Notes: generated by a model not told the origin, from the sequence alone. Shown: positions 18,642 to 28,627, counted from the stretch's first letter. The stretch: 56,097 nucleotides of DNA from an uncultured Syntrophales bacterium (GCA_964650385.1 CAZYTP010000006.1:1-56097); one strand, 5' to 3'. Numbers and translations: made by a program.

Positions 18642-18668
18642 AAAAAAAGGGCCAATCTTTCGACCCCT
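18642..18668 (-). terminator. Intrinsic terminator-like hairpin plus U7 immediately upstream of the cys fusion RBS
   Basis: Minus strand aggggtcga-aaga-ttggccc-ttttttt, ending 14 nt before the ATG. Confidence 0.55.
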
Positions 18669-18735
18669 GAATCTAAAAACTCTTAACTTTCTACTGTAAC
18701 GGGTTCTTAAAATGAGGGTCAGATTTAGAAAACTG

Positions 18736-18820
18736 ACCGGGAGCGCACCCGTAAGGGACGCAATATAAAACAAACATATGCCTTACCGGGAAGCCCTGCC
18801 CTGTGGGCAGGGAGCTTCAC
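18736..18820 (-). repeat. Palindromic dispersed repeat / MITE family B (short copy)
   Basis: Reverse complement gtgaagctccctgcccacagggcagggcttcccggtaaggcatatgtttgttttatattgcg...gggtgcgctcccggt matches 47390-47498. Confidence 0.8.
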
Positions 18821-18887
18821 ATTTCTTCAACTTATAAGTAAAGTTACTTTCATGTAAAATATCAAATATCAAGATCTGCCCCCTTTC

Positions 18888-19304
18888 TTAACTGTCGAAT
18901 TTAGGTATGGGAATCTTTATAAACTTGACTCCCTCTTCTTTCAGTGTTTCTTCTTCAGTTTTAGTCGTAGTCCCTTTTATATTTCTTGTATCCTCTTCGC
19001 CTCTATGTATTTTCAGGGCTACCTTGGCAAACTTATCCCCAACATCATCAAAGTTTTTGTCGAGATATTCATGAAATAGCTGAAGTGCTTTTATCGGAGA
19101 AATATCTTTTAAACTTTTTTCTTTAGATTCCCCAAGGTCCTTCCCCATTACAATTACAGACGAGAGAAGCATTTCCACTTCAGAACTTCCACATATGGGA
19201 CAGGTGATCAACTTCTGAGTCTTCTGATCTTCAAAAGCCGTCCTGTCATTAAACCACCCCTCGAACTTGTGGTCTTTTTCACATTTAAGGTCATAAATTA
19301 TCAC
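18888..19304 (-). CDS. DUF1178 family zinc-ribbon protein
   Basis: IIYDLKCEKDHKFEGWF, LITCPICGS, FDDVGDKFA, IKGTTT..E...LKEEGV. Confidence 0.85.
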   Translation of the reverse strand: MIIYDLKCEKDHKFEGWFNDRTAFEDQKTQKLITCPICGSSEVEMLLSSVIVMGKDLGESKEKSLKDISPIKALQLFHEYLDKNFDDVGDKFAKVALKIHRGEEDTRNIKGTTTKTEEETLKEEGVKFIKIPIPKFDS

Positions 19305-19411
19305 TGGACTTTTCCCCTTAACGCAACCCGGGATTTTCCATCAGCCACCTACTGCAAAATCCTGGCTCAAATTTTTTTCTCACTTTACCACTGCTTTAAA
19401 TCAAAAACAAC

Positions 19412-19628
19412 AACTGAAGCTCCCCGTAACTTGTTACGGGGGGTCTCCGACTGTTTAGTAAGTTAGAATTTGCTTTCTGGTAGAAAGCAAATTCGTTAAC
19501 GCATTTATCCCCTTTAGTGGGACTTATCCCGTTTGTCGGGGTAAGGAAATTTTTTATTCGCTCGCTAACCCCGCCGCAAGCAGCGGGGAACGAAGTAATT
19601 CGAAGAATAATGTGCTCACTGTTCAGTT
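19412..19628. mobile_element. MITE-like multi-hairpin element, related to family B at its left end
   Basis: 7-bp terminal IR aactgaa/ttcagtt; starts tgaagctcccc; hairpins ccccgtaac-tt-gttacgggg, gaatttgctttct-ggt-agaaagcaaattc and ccccgccgcaagcagcgggg. Confidence 0.55.
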
Positions 19629-19647
19629 CAGACACGGCAAAAAATTG

Positions 19648-19676
19648 TGGACTTTTGTCAAGAGATTATATATATT
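19648..19676 (+). promoter_or_regulatory. Putative sigma70 promoter for tRNA-Pro
   Basis: TGGACT-17 nt-TATATT, 13 nt upstream of the tRNA. Confidence 0.45.
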
Positions 19677-19689
19677 GTCCAATCTTAAT

Positions 19690-19766
19690 CGGGATGTGGC
19701 CCAGCCTGGTAGGGCACTGCGTTCGGGACGCAGGAGTCGCGAGTTCGAATCTCGCCATCCCGACCA
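19690..19766 (+). tRNA. tRNA-Pro(CGG)
   Basis: CGGGATG/CATCCCG acceptor stem, anticodon arm ctgcg-ttCGGga-cgcag, TTCGAAT T-loop, encoded ACCA end; 77 nt. Confidence 0.97.
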
Positions 19767-19774
19767 TTCTTTAT

Positions 19775-20983
19775 TCAGCCAACTACCGAAGCCATCTCGA
19801 AAATAGGAAGATACATAGCAATTATCATCCCCCCGACAACTCCACCAAGGAAAACCATCATAAATGGTTCGAGTAATGCCGTCATTGCGTCAACCGCGGC
19901 ATCTACCTCATCATCATAGAAATCTGCAATTTTTAGAAGCATCGTGTCAAGTGCCCCGGTAGCTTCACCCACCGCTATCATCTGAACCACCATGGAAGGA
20001 AATATGTCAGTTTCTCTTAACGGTTCGGCGATTGTCTTGCCTTCACTTATACTTTTTTTTGTTTCTATTAAAGCGTTTTCTATTATCTTGTTTCCAGCCG
20101 TTCTACTCACGATATCAAGTCCTTCAAGGATCGGGACACCACTGCTCATCATAGTAGCAAGTGTCCTGGTAAATTTTGACACAGCAACCTTTTTCAATAA
20201 TGGACCGAAAACTGGTGCCTTCAGTATCATACGATCTACTACAAGCCTTCCTTGTGCGGTGCGGTAATATCTCCTGAAGGCAAATACCAAGACAACCAAG
20301 ACACCTATCATATGCAGGATATAATGCTGCATAAATTCGCTCGCATTAATAAGGAATTGAGTGGGGCTAGGCAAGGCACCCCCCATACTCGTAAACATTT
20401 CCTGAAATACAGGAATCACTTTAAGAAGAAGTAACGTAATAACTCCAAACGAAATCACAAGAACACTGGCGGGGTAGGTCATCGCCCCCTTAACCTTACT
20501 TTTTAACTTCATTGCCTTTTCCATATAGGCCGAAAGACGAGAAAGGACTATATCAAGGATTCCTCCGGCTTCCCCTGCGGCAGTCAGGTTTACAAAGAGA
20601 TCATCAAATACCTTGGGGTATTTTCTCAGTGCATCGGTAAGTGTCGCGCCACCTTCTATATCTGTTTTTATCGATATTATAATTTTAGCGAAGGTCTTGT
20701 TCGGCTCCTGAGAGCCGAGTATTTCTAAACACTGAATAAGAGGAAGGCCGGCATCGATCATCGTAGAAAATTGGCGACAAAATACTACAACATCCTTTTC
20801 TTTAACTTTAGGCTGAAAAAAAGGAATACTTTCAAGCAAATCCTTAGGCTTTTTCTTTATACGGCCGGGCCTGAAACCCTGTCGGCGAAGCTGTGCCCTG
20901 ACAGCAGACTCATCAGCAGCTTCTGATTCGCCTTTTTTCAACTCCCCTTTTTTTGTACGCGCTTCCCATAAATATATCGGCAT
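19775..20983 (-). CDS. pilC: Type IV pilus platform protein PilC (T2SS F family)
   Basis: RQFSTMIDAGLPL, AGEAGGILD, KVKGAMTYP, QMIAVGEATGALD, LLEP; ATG at 20983 after GAGGT. Confidence 0.95.
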   Translation of the reverse strand: MPIYLWEARTKKGELKKGESEAADESAVRAQLRRQGFRPGRIKKKPKDLLESIPFFQPKVKEKDVVVFCRQFSTMIDAGLPLIQCLEILGSQEPNKTFAKIIISIKTDIEGGATLTDALRKYPKVFDDLFVNLTAAGEAGGILDIVLSRLSAYMEKAMKLKSKVKGAMTYPASVLVISFGVITLLLLKVIPVFQEMFTSMGGALPSPTQFLINASEFMQHYILHMIGVLVVLVFAFRRYYRTAQGRLVVDRMILKAPVFGPLLKKVAVSKFTRTLATMMSSGVPILEGLDIVSRTAGNKIIENALIETKKSISEGKTIAEPLRETDIFPSMVVQMIAVGEATGALDTMLLKIADFYDDEVDAAVDAMTALLEPFMMVFLGGVVGGMIIAMYLPIFEMASVVG

Positions 20984-21000
20984 GCTCAAACCTCAAATTT

Positions 21001-21123
21001 AAGTGTCTAAAGTTTAAAGTGCCTAAAGTGAACTAAAGTTAATGTACACGCCTTCGGCGCGGTCAAATTCGAAACAAGCTGCGCTGAAAGCGCATTTTTT
21101 AACTTTAGGCATTTTAGTCACTT
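21001..21123. repeat. Inverted arrays of short (c/t)taaagt repeats around small hairpins (REP/MITE-like)
   Basis: aagtgtctaaagtttaaagtgcctaaagtgaactaaagtt ... aactttaggcattttagtcactt; internal gcc-ttcg-gc and gcgct-gaa-agcgc. Confidence 0.6.
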
Positions 21124-21861
21124 CTTTCTTATAAACCTCTTATGAGCCATTTCATTGAGTATAATCCCTGCCGCAACTGATACATTAAGGGAATCAACTT
21201 TCCCGAAAACTGGTACCGAGACAAAAAAATCACATTTTCCCCTGACAAGTGGCCTGATTCCTTTCTCTTCGCTTCCCATAACAAGGGCAATATGACCATC
21301 ATAATCAAAAGAATAAATGTCCCGGCCAAGTTTTGCATCGGCACCATATATCCAGAATCCTTTTTCCTTCAGCCAATCAATAGTATTCGATATATTTACA
21401 ACCTTGGTAATCGGAATATGATGAGCAGCCCCTGCGGATACCTTCATGACGGTCGGAGTAACTGATGCTGCGCGATTTTCTGGAATAACGATGCCATTAA
21501 CACCACAACAATGAGCTGTTCTTGTCAGAGAACCAAAGTTATGGGGATCGGTAATACCGTCAAGAATAAGAATCAAACTTCCTTTTAATGACTCACAACA
21601 ATTATTAATAATCTTATCTATGCTGGCGTAAGAATATTCTTCAGACAAACAGACAATGCCCTGGTGAAAACTTCCCAAGGCAAGTCTTTCTAAATATTTC
21701 TTATCTTTAAACTCTATTTCTATCTCATTCTGTTCCGCCAGTTTTAAGATATTCCGAACATTTTTTCCACTTCTGCCACTGGCTACCACTATCTTTTTTA
21801 TCTTACCGCTATCACTTAGAAGAGCCTCCATAACGGGCTTAACACCATAGATAACCTGCAT
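21118..21861 (-). CDS. rlmB: 23S rRNA Gm2251 methyltransferase RlmB (TrmH/SpoU family)
   Basis: HQGIV, LDGITDPHNFGSLTRTA, KVSAGA, MGSEEKGIR, SLNVSVAAG. Confidence 0.9.
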   Translation of the reverse strand: MQVIYGVKPVMEALLSDSGKIKKIVVASGRSGKNVRNILKLAEQNEIEIEFKDKKYLERLALGSFHQGIVCLSEEYSYASIDKIINNCCESLKGSLILILDGITDPHNFGSLTRTAHCCGVNGIVIPENRAASVTPTVMKVSAGAAHHIPITKVVNISNTIDWLKEKGFWIYGADAKLGRDIYSFDYDGHIALVMGSEEKGIRPLVRGKCDFFVSVPVFGKVDSLNVSVAAGIILNEMAHKRFIRKK

Positions 21862-21894
21862 GACATAGTTCTCCAACCCGGAAGACAGGGTACT

Positions 21895-22092
21895 AGATCT
21901 TTGAAAAACTGAAAAATATGGTTTTGAGAAGGCGAATCAAGATTTTTTCGCTAACCATTCTTGATCGAAGCGTAGCGCCCGCAAATCCAATGTCTGAGCG
22001 CGAAGCGCAAGTTTTGGATTTGCAGCGAAGCGAGACATAGAATAGTCGAAAAAATGTTCTGAGCATTGAAAAACCATTTTTTCAAAGCTTTC
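21895..22092. mobile_element. Full-length MITE family A (~198 bp, long imperfect fold-back)
   Basis: Ends agatctttgaaaaa ... tttttcaaagctttc; nested IRs atggtttt/aaaaccat, tttttcg/cgaaaaa and gcaaatccaa/ttggatttgc. Confidence 0.75.
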
Positions 22093-22098
22093 GGTAGA

Positions 22099-22866
22099 TC
22101 ACTTGTTCTGACCCCTGATTTGTTCAAGCCCCTCGGAAATCTCTTTACAGATTTCGTCAGCCGCACTTACAGGATCGTCTGACATTAGTATCGGTCTCCC
22201 AACGACAATAAAATCGGCCCCCCTTCTTATGGCTTCTCCGGGAGTTAATATTCTCTTCTGATCATCCCCCGCTACCTTCATACTTCCCCTGATACCGGGC
22301 GTCACTATTATGAAATCTTCTCCGCACATCTTTCTTATAGAAACTACATCACGGGCAGACGCTACAACCCCGGGGACACCAGCATCGAGGGCAATTCTTG
22401 CCAGATTTGGAACAATCTTTTCTGCCGTCTCGTTGAACCCTAACATTTCAAGATCGTCATCGTTCAGACTGGTTAAAACGGTTACAGCAAGGATACATGG
22501 CATGGAAGTACCGGACTTCTCTGCCATTTTTTCAACTGCAATGACCGTTTCCTCCATCATCTTTTTTCCACCGAGTGCATGCATGTTAAACATGGAAACA
22601 CCCAGTTTAACCGCTGCCTCGGCAGCTCTGGCAACGGTGTTGGGAATGTCATGAAACTTCAGATCGAGGAAAACCTTTCCTCCCATCTCCTGTATCTTTA
22701 AAACAAGTTCCGGACCGAAGCGGGTGTAGGACTCCTTGCCGACCTTAAATATTCCCACATGATCTTTAAGGAGTTCAACCCACTCCAATGCCCTGTTAAT
22801 ATCCTCTCCAATATCAAGAGCGAATATTAACCTTTCCTTCGCATTATTGTTCAATTTGTTTTTCAT
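22099..22866 (-). CDS. pyrF: Orotidine-5'-phosphate decarboxylase
   Basis: [46 protein letters not shown]. Confidence 0.97.
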   Translation of the reverse strand: MKNKLNNNAKERLIFALDIGEDINRALEWVELLKDHVGIFKVGKESYTRFGPELVLKIQEMGGKVFLDLKFHDIPNTVARAAEAAVKLGVSMFNMHALGGKKMMEETVIAVEKMAEKSGTSMPCILAVTVLTSLNDDDLEMLGFNETAEKIVPNLARIALDAGVPGVVASARDVVSIRKMCGEDFIIVTPGIRGSMKVAGDDQKRILTPGEAIRRGADFIVVGRPILMSDDPVSAADEICKEISEGLEQIRGQNK

Positions 22867-23098
22867 CTGCGAGCGGTTTTACTTCTATTTTCTTCCTGTC
22901 AATAAATTCAGGGTGCGCGTATTTGACCCTTCCAGCAGCAATTTCCCTGAGGGCACTCACTATTTCCCTATTGCCCCTAGTGTCACAAAGAGGCTTAGAA
23001 CCTTTAAGCAACTGTTTTGCCCTTTTGGCTGCCAGTAGTACGAGGGCAAATCTGTTTTTTGTTTTTTGCAATGCATCTTCAACGGTAATTCTTGCCAT
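22844..23098 (-). CDS. rpoZ: RNA polymerase omega subunit
   Basis: [26 protein letters not shown]...ALREIA; GGAGG RBS. Confidence 0.95.
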   Translation of the reverse strand: MARITVEDALQKTKNRFALVLLAAKRAKQLLKGSKPLCDTRGNREIVSALREIAAGRVKYAHPEFIDRKKIEVKPLADEKQIEQ

Positions 23099-23203
23099 AT
23101 ATTTACTACCTCCAATAAATTTAAAGTTTAGTTCATTCTTAATCAATAATTACAGAGATTCTGTCATGTTGGTAAACTGCTTCGATGTTGAAACAATAAG
23201 GGT

Positions 23204-23866
23204 TTAAGTAGGTCCCTCCATAAACCCTTTTATTTTTTCTGTCAATCGTTCCCTTCTGCTCTTTTCCGCCACATATATTGACCTTAAATTATCAATGGCA
23301 GAATTTAGACTGTCATTAATAACAATATAATCATACCAGACAATTTCTTTTATTTCATCCATTGCTTTTTTCAAACGGGTACTCATTATATCATCTTTTT
23401 CAGACCCTCTCTTTTCCAACCTTTCCTTCAAGACATCAATTGAAGGGGGAAGAACGAACACGAAGATACCCCCGGGGTAATTTTCCTTCAATTCCATTGC
23501 ACCTCGTGGATCGACATCCAATATGAGATCATACCCCTTTTCTAAAAAATCTTTCATTGTTTTTCCGGATGTCCCGTACAGATACCCGTAGTTTTCGGCC
23601 CACTCGGCAAATTCCCCTTCTGCTATCCGCTTCTTGAACTCAAAATCGGAAATAAAGTAATAATCTTTGCCATCCTCTTCCTTAGGGCGAGGAGGTCTGG
23701 TGGTGTAAGATACTGAAAACCGCATATTCGGCAATATTTTCAAAACTTCTTTGCAGATTGAAGTCTTACCGGCACCGGAAGGAGCAGAAACTACAATAAA
23801 TAATCCTTGTTCATTGCTGTTCGTTGCAATATTTTTCTTCGAATTAATGCAGTTCCTTTTTTGCAT
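23204..23866 (-). CDS. gmk: Guanylate kinase
   Basis: SAPSGAGKTS, SYTTRPPR, DGKDYYF, YGT, FVLPPS. Confidence 0.96.
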   Translation of the reverse strand: MQKRNCINSKKNIATNSNEQGLFIVVSAPSGAGKTSICKEVLKILPNMRFSVSYTTRPPRPKEEDGKDYYFISDFEFKKRIAEGEFAEWAENYGYLYGTSGKTMKDFLEKGYDLILDVDPRGAMELKENYPGGIFVFVLPPSIDVLKERLEKRGSEKDDIMSTRLKKAMDEIKEIVWYDYIVINDSLNSAIDNLRSIYVAEKSRRERLTEKIKGFMEGPT

Positions 23867-23887
23867 CTTCAAAATCCCTCTCGGATT

Positions 23888-23992
23888 TTAGGGGTTTTTA
23901 CTTAATGCCCATGCTTTTCCAATTTCATAGCTTTTGTCACGAACTTTTTCGCATAAGTCTTTATGTTTTATCTTCTTTGCAAGCTTATTCAT
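23888..23992 (-). CDS. Putative 34-aa small protein MNKLAKKIKHKDLCEKVRDKSYEIGKAWALSKNP
   Basis: ATG-started sORF filling the yicC-gmk gap, in operon orientation, after a purine-rich stretch. Confidence 0.35.
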   Translation of the reverse strand: MNKLAKKIKHKDLCEKVRDKSYEIGKAWALSKNP

Positions 23993-24042
23993 CCCTTTTT
24001 TCTTCTTAATTTTACTGATCCCCTACCCCTGAGCACCTGTTT

Positions 24043-24930
24043 TCATTCAATATTATGTGCCTGTTCTCTTAATTTGGAAATTTCGTTTTTGATTTCTATT
24101 ACATTATAAGATATTTCTGCATCAGAGCTCTTGGATCCTATGGTATTTACTTCTCTGTTCATCTCCTGGAGCAGAAAATCTGTTTTTCTTCCCACAGCCC
24201 CACTACTCTCCAGCATTTCATAGAATTGACCGATATGACTTTCAAAACGCACAATTTCCTCAGTAATGTCACTCTTTTCAGCCATTATTGCAACCTCTTG
24301 ACACAACCTTGTCTCGTCAATTTCTATACCATCTGTTAATTCCTTCACCCTATCTGAAAGTCTCTTTTTATACTCGAGTAGAACCATGGGTATCCTTAAT
24401 TTTATAGAACTGACACTTTTCTTGACAGTGTCAAGCCGTAACAGAAAATCTCTGTAGATGACTTCCCCTTCCTTCTCTCTCATTTCAATGAGGGCTTCAA
24501 TAGAATGATCAAGGGTTTTTTCAAGTTCTTCCCAGGCGGCCTCCATCTCCATTTCGATTTCTGAAGGAACAATGGCACCCTTAAGCCCGGCAATCATATT
24601 CAAAGGTATTTCTCCTTTAAGTCCGAGTTCTTCTTGCAAATCAATTAATAAAGAATGGTAATTACGAATGAGAGGAAGATTCAGCTCGAACTTCCCTTCA
24701 TCTTCCAGGTTCGAACCGCTGGAATTTAGCTGAACACTTACCTCGATCCTTCCCCTGAATAATTTTTCACTTATCTTCTTTTTGATCTCCGCCTCCAGCG
24801 GAAAAAGCATACCCGGAAGACGAGACAATATCTCCATATTACGATGGTTGAGAGACCTTATCTCAACAACCAGTTTTTTACCTTCCAGAGTGGATTCCGC
24901 CCTGCCGTAGCCAGTCATACTTTTTATCAT
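24043..24930 (-). CDS. yicC: YicC/YloC family endoribonuclease
   Basis: MIKSMTGYG, SLNHR, RGRIE, SDITEEIVR, GRKTDFLLQEMNREVNTIGSK, REQAHNIE. Confidence 0.95.
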   Translation of the reverse strand: MIKSMTGYGRAESTLEGKKLVVEIRSLNHRNMEILSRLPGMLFPLEAEIKKKISEKLFRGRIEVSVQLNSSGSNLEDEGKFELNLPLIRNYHSLLIDLQEELGLKGEIPLNMIAGLKGAIVPSEIEMEMEAAWEELEKTLDHSIEALIEMREKEGEVIYRDFLLRLDTVKKSVSSIKLRIPMVLLEYKKRLSDRVKELTDGIEIDETRLCQEVAIMAEKSDITEEIVRFESHIGQFYEMLESSGAVGRKTDFLLQEMNREVNTIGSKSSDAEISYNVIEIKNEISKLREQAHNIE

Positions 24931-24952
24931 TTAAAAAATTTCTCCTGTTAGT

Positions 24953-25483
24953 TCATCTTTCCAGTTTCAATTGAACAAGATATTTTTTCCTTATCCTGTT
25001 GAACATTTCCGTGACGTTTTTTGCAGCGTAATCGGGATATGTCCATTCGAGCGGCTGAAAGGTTTTATTCCTGTAAATCAACGTCAAATCGGCATATATG
25101 CCGTTCCCCAGATAGGGGCGGTGCGTGTAATTCTTCCCTGTTACGAGTATTAAATTATGCTTGGACATATAGCCCGGATCTATATTTGTTCTCCTTTTAT
25201 CGTTGCTCGAATATTTCTCTTCAAGACTGTTGGTAAAAATCTTGATTCCCGGCAGGGATTCAGGTCTTACCAGATTTTCAAACGAAACGAATCTCCTGAC
25301 CAGGGATTGCCCCATCTCCCTCGTATAATAGTCGGTATAGTCAAAAGGTATAAACTCACTTATAAAGTCAGTTCTTCCATATTTTTCCGACAGCTCTCCC
25401 AGTATCTCCCCCAGCAGATCTCTGTCTGCAGAAAATATGCTCGATATCAGCTTTGCCGGCTCCGGACTCTTAAGCTTGCTCAT
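24953..25483 (-). CDS. DUF4416 family protein
   Basis: FDYTDYYTREMG, RRTNIDPGY, TGKNYTHRPYLGNGIYADLTL, WTYPDY. Confidence 0.85.
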   Translation of the reverse strand: MSKLKSPEPAKLISSIFSADRDLLGEILGELSEKYGRTDFISEFIPFDYTDYYTREMGQSLVRRFVSFENLVRPESLPGIKIFTNSLEEKYSSNDKRRTNIDPGYMSKHNLILVTGKNYTHRPYLGNGIYADLTLIYRNKTFQPLEWTYPDYAAKNVTEMFNRIRKKYLVQLKLER

Positions 25484-26466
25484 AACATTTTTCTGAGTTC
25501 TTCCTGCGAAACAGCAGCAGTCCCCACCTTACCCACCACAATCCCGGCAGCATAATTCGCGAGCACTGCGGCTTCTTTAAATGTTGCCCCGGCAGCCATA
25601 CAGAGGGCAAAGACACCTATTACCGTATCTCCTGCACCGGTCACATCAAAGACCTCCCTGGCAACAGTTGAAATATGAGTAATGCTTCCTCCATCTTCAA
25701 AAAGGCTCATCCCCTCCTCACCTTTTGTGATAAGAACGGCTTTGAAACCAAACCTTTCGAGAAGAGATTCTCCGCTTTTAATAAGATCATCCTCGCAGGC
25801 AATTTCCATACCGAGAGCACGACCGGCCTCATGATGATTGGGCGTTATTACATCAAACCCCTGGTAGAGGGAAAAATCATTCTGCTTCGGATCAATACAA
25901 ACGATAATATCCCTTCCGGCTGTCACCTCCCGGATTCCTTGCAGCAGTCTTTCCGAGATGATCCCTTTGCTGTAATCTGAAATAACAACCGCACCCAAGT
26001 CATCCCTTATACTTTCAATATATTCTAACATCTTTTCAATGCTGCTCAAACTTACAGAATCCTTGTTTTCCCTGTCAAATCTTACCACCTGCTGGCTCTG
26101 TGCTATAATTCTTGTTTTTACAGTGGTGGGACGGCTCTGTTCCACCATGACACCCGTCGTATCAATATTCATCTCTTCGAAATTGCGTATCAATAAATCC
26201 CCCATATCATCGGAGCCTATAATGCCTGTTACGTTGACCTTCCCTCCCACGGAAAATATATTATTCATAACATTGGCCGAACCACCAAGGAGAAAATTTT
26301 CCGAGGTAACCTCAACGACGGGAACTGGTGCCTCAGGAGATATACGGGAAACCCTTCCCCAAATAAACTGGTCAACCATTAAATCTCCCACCACAAGAAC
26401 CTTTGATCTGGAAAATTTATCAATTATTTCAAGCAATCTTTTTTTACTCACAAGTTTCTTTACCAT
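25480..26466 (-). CDS. rfaE1: D-glycero-beta-D-manno-heptose-7-phosphate kinase (RfaE domain I / HldA)
   Basis: VGDLMVD, RISPEAPVPV, GGSANV, ISDYSKG, TPNHHEA, DVTGAGDT, AGIVVGKVGT. Confidence 0.93.
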   Translation of the reverse strand: MVKKLVSKKRLLEIIDKFSRSKVLVVGDLMVDQFIWGRVSRISPEAPVPVVEVTSENFLLGGSANVMNNIFSVGGKVNVTGIIGSDDMGDLLIRNFEEMNIDTTGVMVEQSRPTTVKTRIIAQSQQVVRFDRENKDSVSLSSIEKMLEYIESIRDDLGAVVISDYSKGIISERLLQGIREVTAGRDIIVCIDPKQNDFSLYQGFDVITPNHHEAGRALGMEIACEDDLIKSGESLLERFGFKAVLITKGEEGMSLFEDGGSITHISTVAREVFDVTGAGDTVIGVFALCMAAGATFKEAAVLANYAAGIVVGKVGTAAVSQEELRKML

Positions 26467-27440
26467 TTATTCTCGAACCTCTTACTGTGCCACTTCCATG
26501 CTGTTTCAATAATTACACTCAGATCAGCAAACGCCGGTTTCCACCCCAATTCCTTTATTATTTTTTCGGAACTGGCCACCAACCGGGCGGGATCTCCTTC
26601 TCTTCTATCACCTTCTACAACAGAAACTTTCGCTCCGGTAACCCTGTTAACCGCTCCTATAACTTCTTTCACCGAAAAACCCTCTCCGTTTCCGAGGTTA
26701 TAGATGGCTTCTGTTGAACTGTCTTTTAATTGCCTCAGGGCGAGTATATGAGCTTCCGCCAGGTCATTTACATGTATATAGTCCCTGACACATGTCCCGT
26801 CTGATGTATCATAATCAGTCCCGAAAATCGTTATATTATTTTTTCTTCCCAGGACCGCATCAAGGATAAGAGGTATCAAATGAGTCTCGGGAGAGTGGTC
26901 TTCACCGATTATGCCTTCGGGATCAGCTCCCGCAGCATTGAAGTATCGCAGTGAAACAAAGCCAAGACCATAGGTTGAATAATACTTTTTTAAAATATTT
27001 TCAAAAATAAGCTTTGTGTTCCCGTACACGTTCGTCGGAACAGTCGGATGATCTTCTTCAATCGGCACTCTTATCGGTTCTCCGTACACCGCCGCACTGG
27101 AAGAAAAAACGATTTTTTTGACCCCGGCATCCAACATCGCCCCAAGAAGATTTATGCCGTTGGCAACATTATTTCTATAATAACTGTGTGGATCAATTTC
27201 GGATTCACCAACAAGACTATACGCTGCAAAATGGATTACCGCTTTTATATCATAATTTTTAAAGGTCTTTATTAACAGATCCTTGTCCGACAGGTCTCCC
27301 CTGATAAACTTGCCGGATAAAATCATATCACTATGCCCCCTGGAAAGGTTGTCGTATATTATTGTATCATAACCCCTTTCTCCGAGAAGCTTGACCACAT
27401 GGGAACCAATATAGCCCGCTCCACCTGTAATTAATATTAT
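26460..27440 (-). CDS. galE: UDP-glucose 4-epimerase; apparent non-canonical ATA start
   Basis: (M)[13 protein letters not shown] lies upstream of the ORF-track start; [33 protein letters not shown]. Confidence 0.9.
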   Translation of the reverse strand: MILITGGAGYIGSHVVKLLGERGYDTIIYDNLSRGHSDMILSGKFIRGDLSDKDLLIKTFKNYDIKAVIHFAAYSLVGESEIDPHSYYRNNVANGINLLGAMLDAGVKKIVFSSSAAVYGEPIRVPIEEDHPTVPTNVYGNTKLIFENILKKYYSTYGLGFVSLRYFNAAGADPEGIIGEDHSPETHLIPLILDAVLGRKNNITIFGTDYDTSDGTCVRDYIHVNDLAEAHILALRQLKDSSTEAIYNLGNGEGFSVKEVIGAVNRVTGAKVSVVEGDRREGDPARLVASSEKIIKELGWKPAFADLSVIIETAWKWHSKRFENKW

Positions 27441-28375
27441 ACCTTTTCCCCCTTGAAATATTCCAGGACCAGTTTCAAACCTTCCTCAAGCTGTATTTTC
27501 GGTTCCCATCCGAGTAATCTCTTCGCCCTGGCAATGTCAGGCCTTCTTACTTTCGGATCATCTTCCGGAAGATCGCTGAAGACAATCTTACTTTTTGATT
27601 TGCATGTATCGATCAGCTTCCTTGCAAATTCCAGTATTGTTATTTCACCAGGATTGCCGATATTGACCGGATTAACATAATCAGAATAAAGAAGTCTGTA
27701 AATTCCCTCAACCAGATCGTCAACGTAGCAGAAACTGCGGGTCTGACTGCCGTCACCGAAGACGGTCATATCTTCTCCCTTTAGTGCCTGCACCATGAAC
27801 GTGGGAAGTGCTCGTCCATCATCCACCCTCATCCTTGAACCATAAGTATTAAATATTCTTACAATTCTAGTATCCATGCCATGGTACCTGTGATAAGCCA
27901 TTGTCAGCGCTTCTGCAAACCTTTTTGCCTCATCGTATACCCCGCGCGGGCCAACAGGATTGACATTCCCCCAGTAATCCTCCGATTGTGGATGCTCCAA
28001 CGGATCTCCGTAGCACTCCGAGGTAGAAGCAAGGAGAAATCTGGCTCTTTTTTCCTTGGCTAAGCCCAATGTCTTGTGAGTACCGAGAGACCCTACTTTA
28101 AGGGTCTGAATGGGAAGCTTAAGATAGTCTATCGGGCTCGCAGGAGATGCAAAATGGAGGATATTATCAACCTTTCCCTCCACATAGATAAAATTGGTTA
28201 CATCATGTTTTATAAAGGTAAATTTATCATTTCCAAAGAGGTGAGCGATGTTGTCTATATTCCCCGTCAGGAGGTTATCCATACAAATCACATAATGTCC
28301 CTTTGAAATAAAATAATCGCAAAGATGGCTTCCGAGGAAACCTGCTCCTCCTGTAATCAAGGTTCTTTCCAACAT
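27437..28375 (-). CDS. UDP-glucuronate decarboxylase (UXS-like SDR)
   Basis: [64 protein letters not shown]. Confidence 0.92.
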   Translation of the reverse strand: MLERTLITGGAGFLGSHLCDYFISKGHYVICMDNLLTGNIDNIAHLFGNDKFTFIKHDVTNFIYVEGKVDNILHFASPASPIDYLKLPIQTLKVGSLGTHKTLGLAKEKRARFLLASTSECYGDPLEHPQSEDYWGNVNPVGPRGVYDEAKRFAEALTMAYHRYHGMDTRIVRIFNTYGSRMRVDDGRALPTFMVQALKGEDMTVFGDGSQTRSFCYVDDLVEGIYRLLYSDYVNPVNIGNPGEITILEFARKLIDTCKSKSKIVFSDLPEDDPKVRRPDIARAKRLLGWEPKIQLEEGLKLVLEYFKGEKV

Positions 28376-28434
28376 ATTACCCCCCCCGTCGTCAAGTTTA
28401 TGAAGTTGGCAACAGCCACTTCTTACAATGCCAA

Positions 28435-28463
28435 AAACTATTATCATGTGTGAATTTTGTCAA
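28435..28463 (-). promoter_or_regulatory. Putative sigma70 promoter of the leftward operon
   Basis: Minus strand TTGACA-17 nt-TAGTTT. Confidence 0.5.
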
Positions 28464-28599
28464 TCGTTTTCTCAACCTTTTCAGTGGAATAATGAGATGT
28501 TACAGGTAATTAACTTGTGGGTATTGTTCCTGACATTTCAAGGATTTTTTTCAGCAAGATTATAGGAGCTTCAAGATCTGGAGATTACAGAAAAAAAGT

Positions 28600-28627
28600 T
28601 TGCCTTTATATTTGTTTTATGTATAAT
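28600..28627 (+). promoter_or_regulatory. Putative sigma70 promoter of the ATPase operon
   Basis: TTGCCT-16 nt-TATAAT. Confidence 0.45.

Noticed and set aside
19396-19876. ORFs 19396-19635, 19517-19876 and 19612-19806
   Set aside because: They overlap the MITE-like element, tRNA-Pro and pilC, and have no protein motifs.
28376-28447. Longer N-terminus for the UDP-GlcA decarboxylase
   Set aside because: The Rossmann motif begins right after ATG 28375, which has a G-rich SD; the extension overlaps the promoter.
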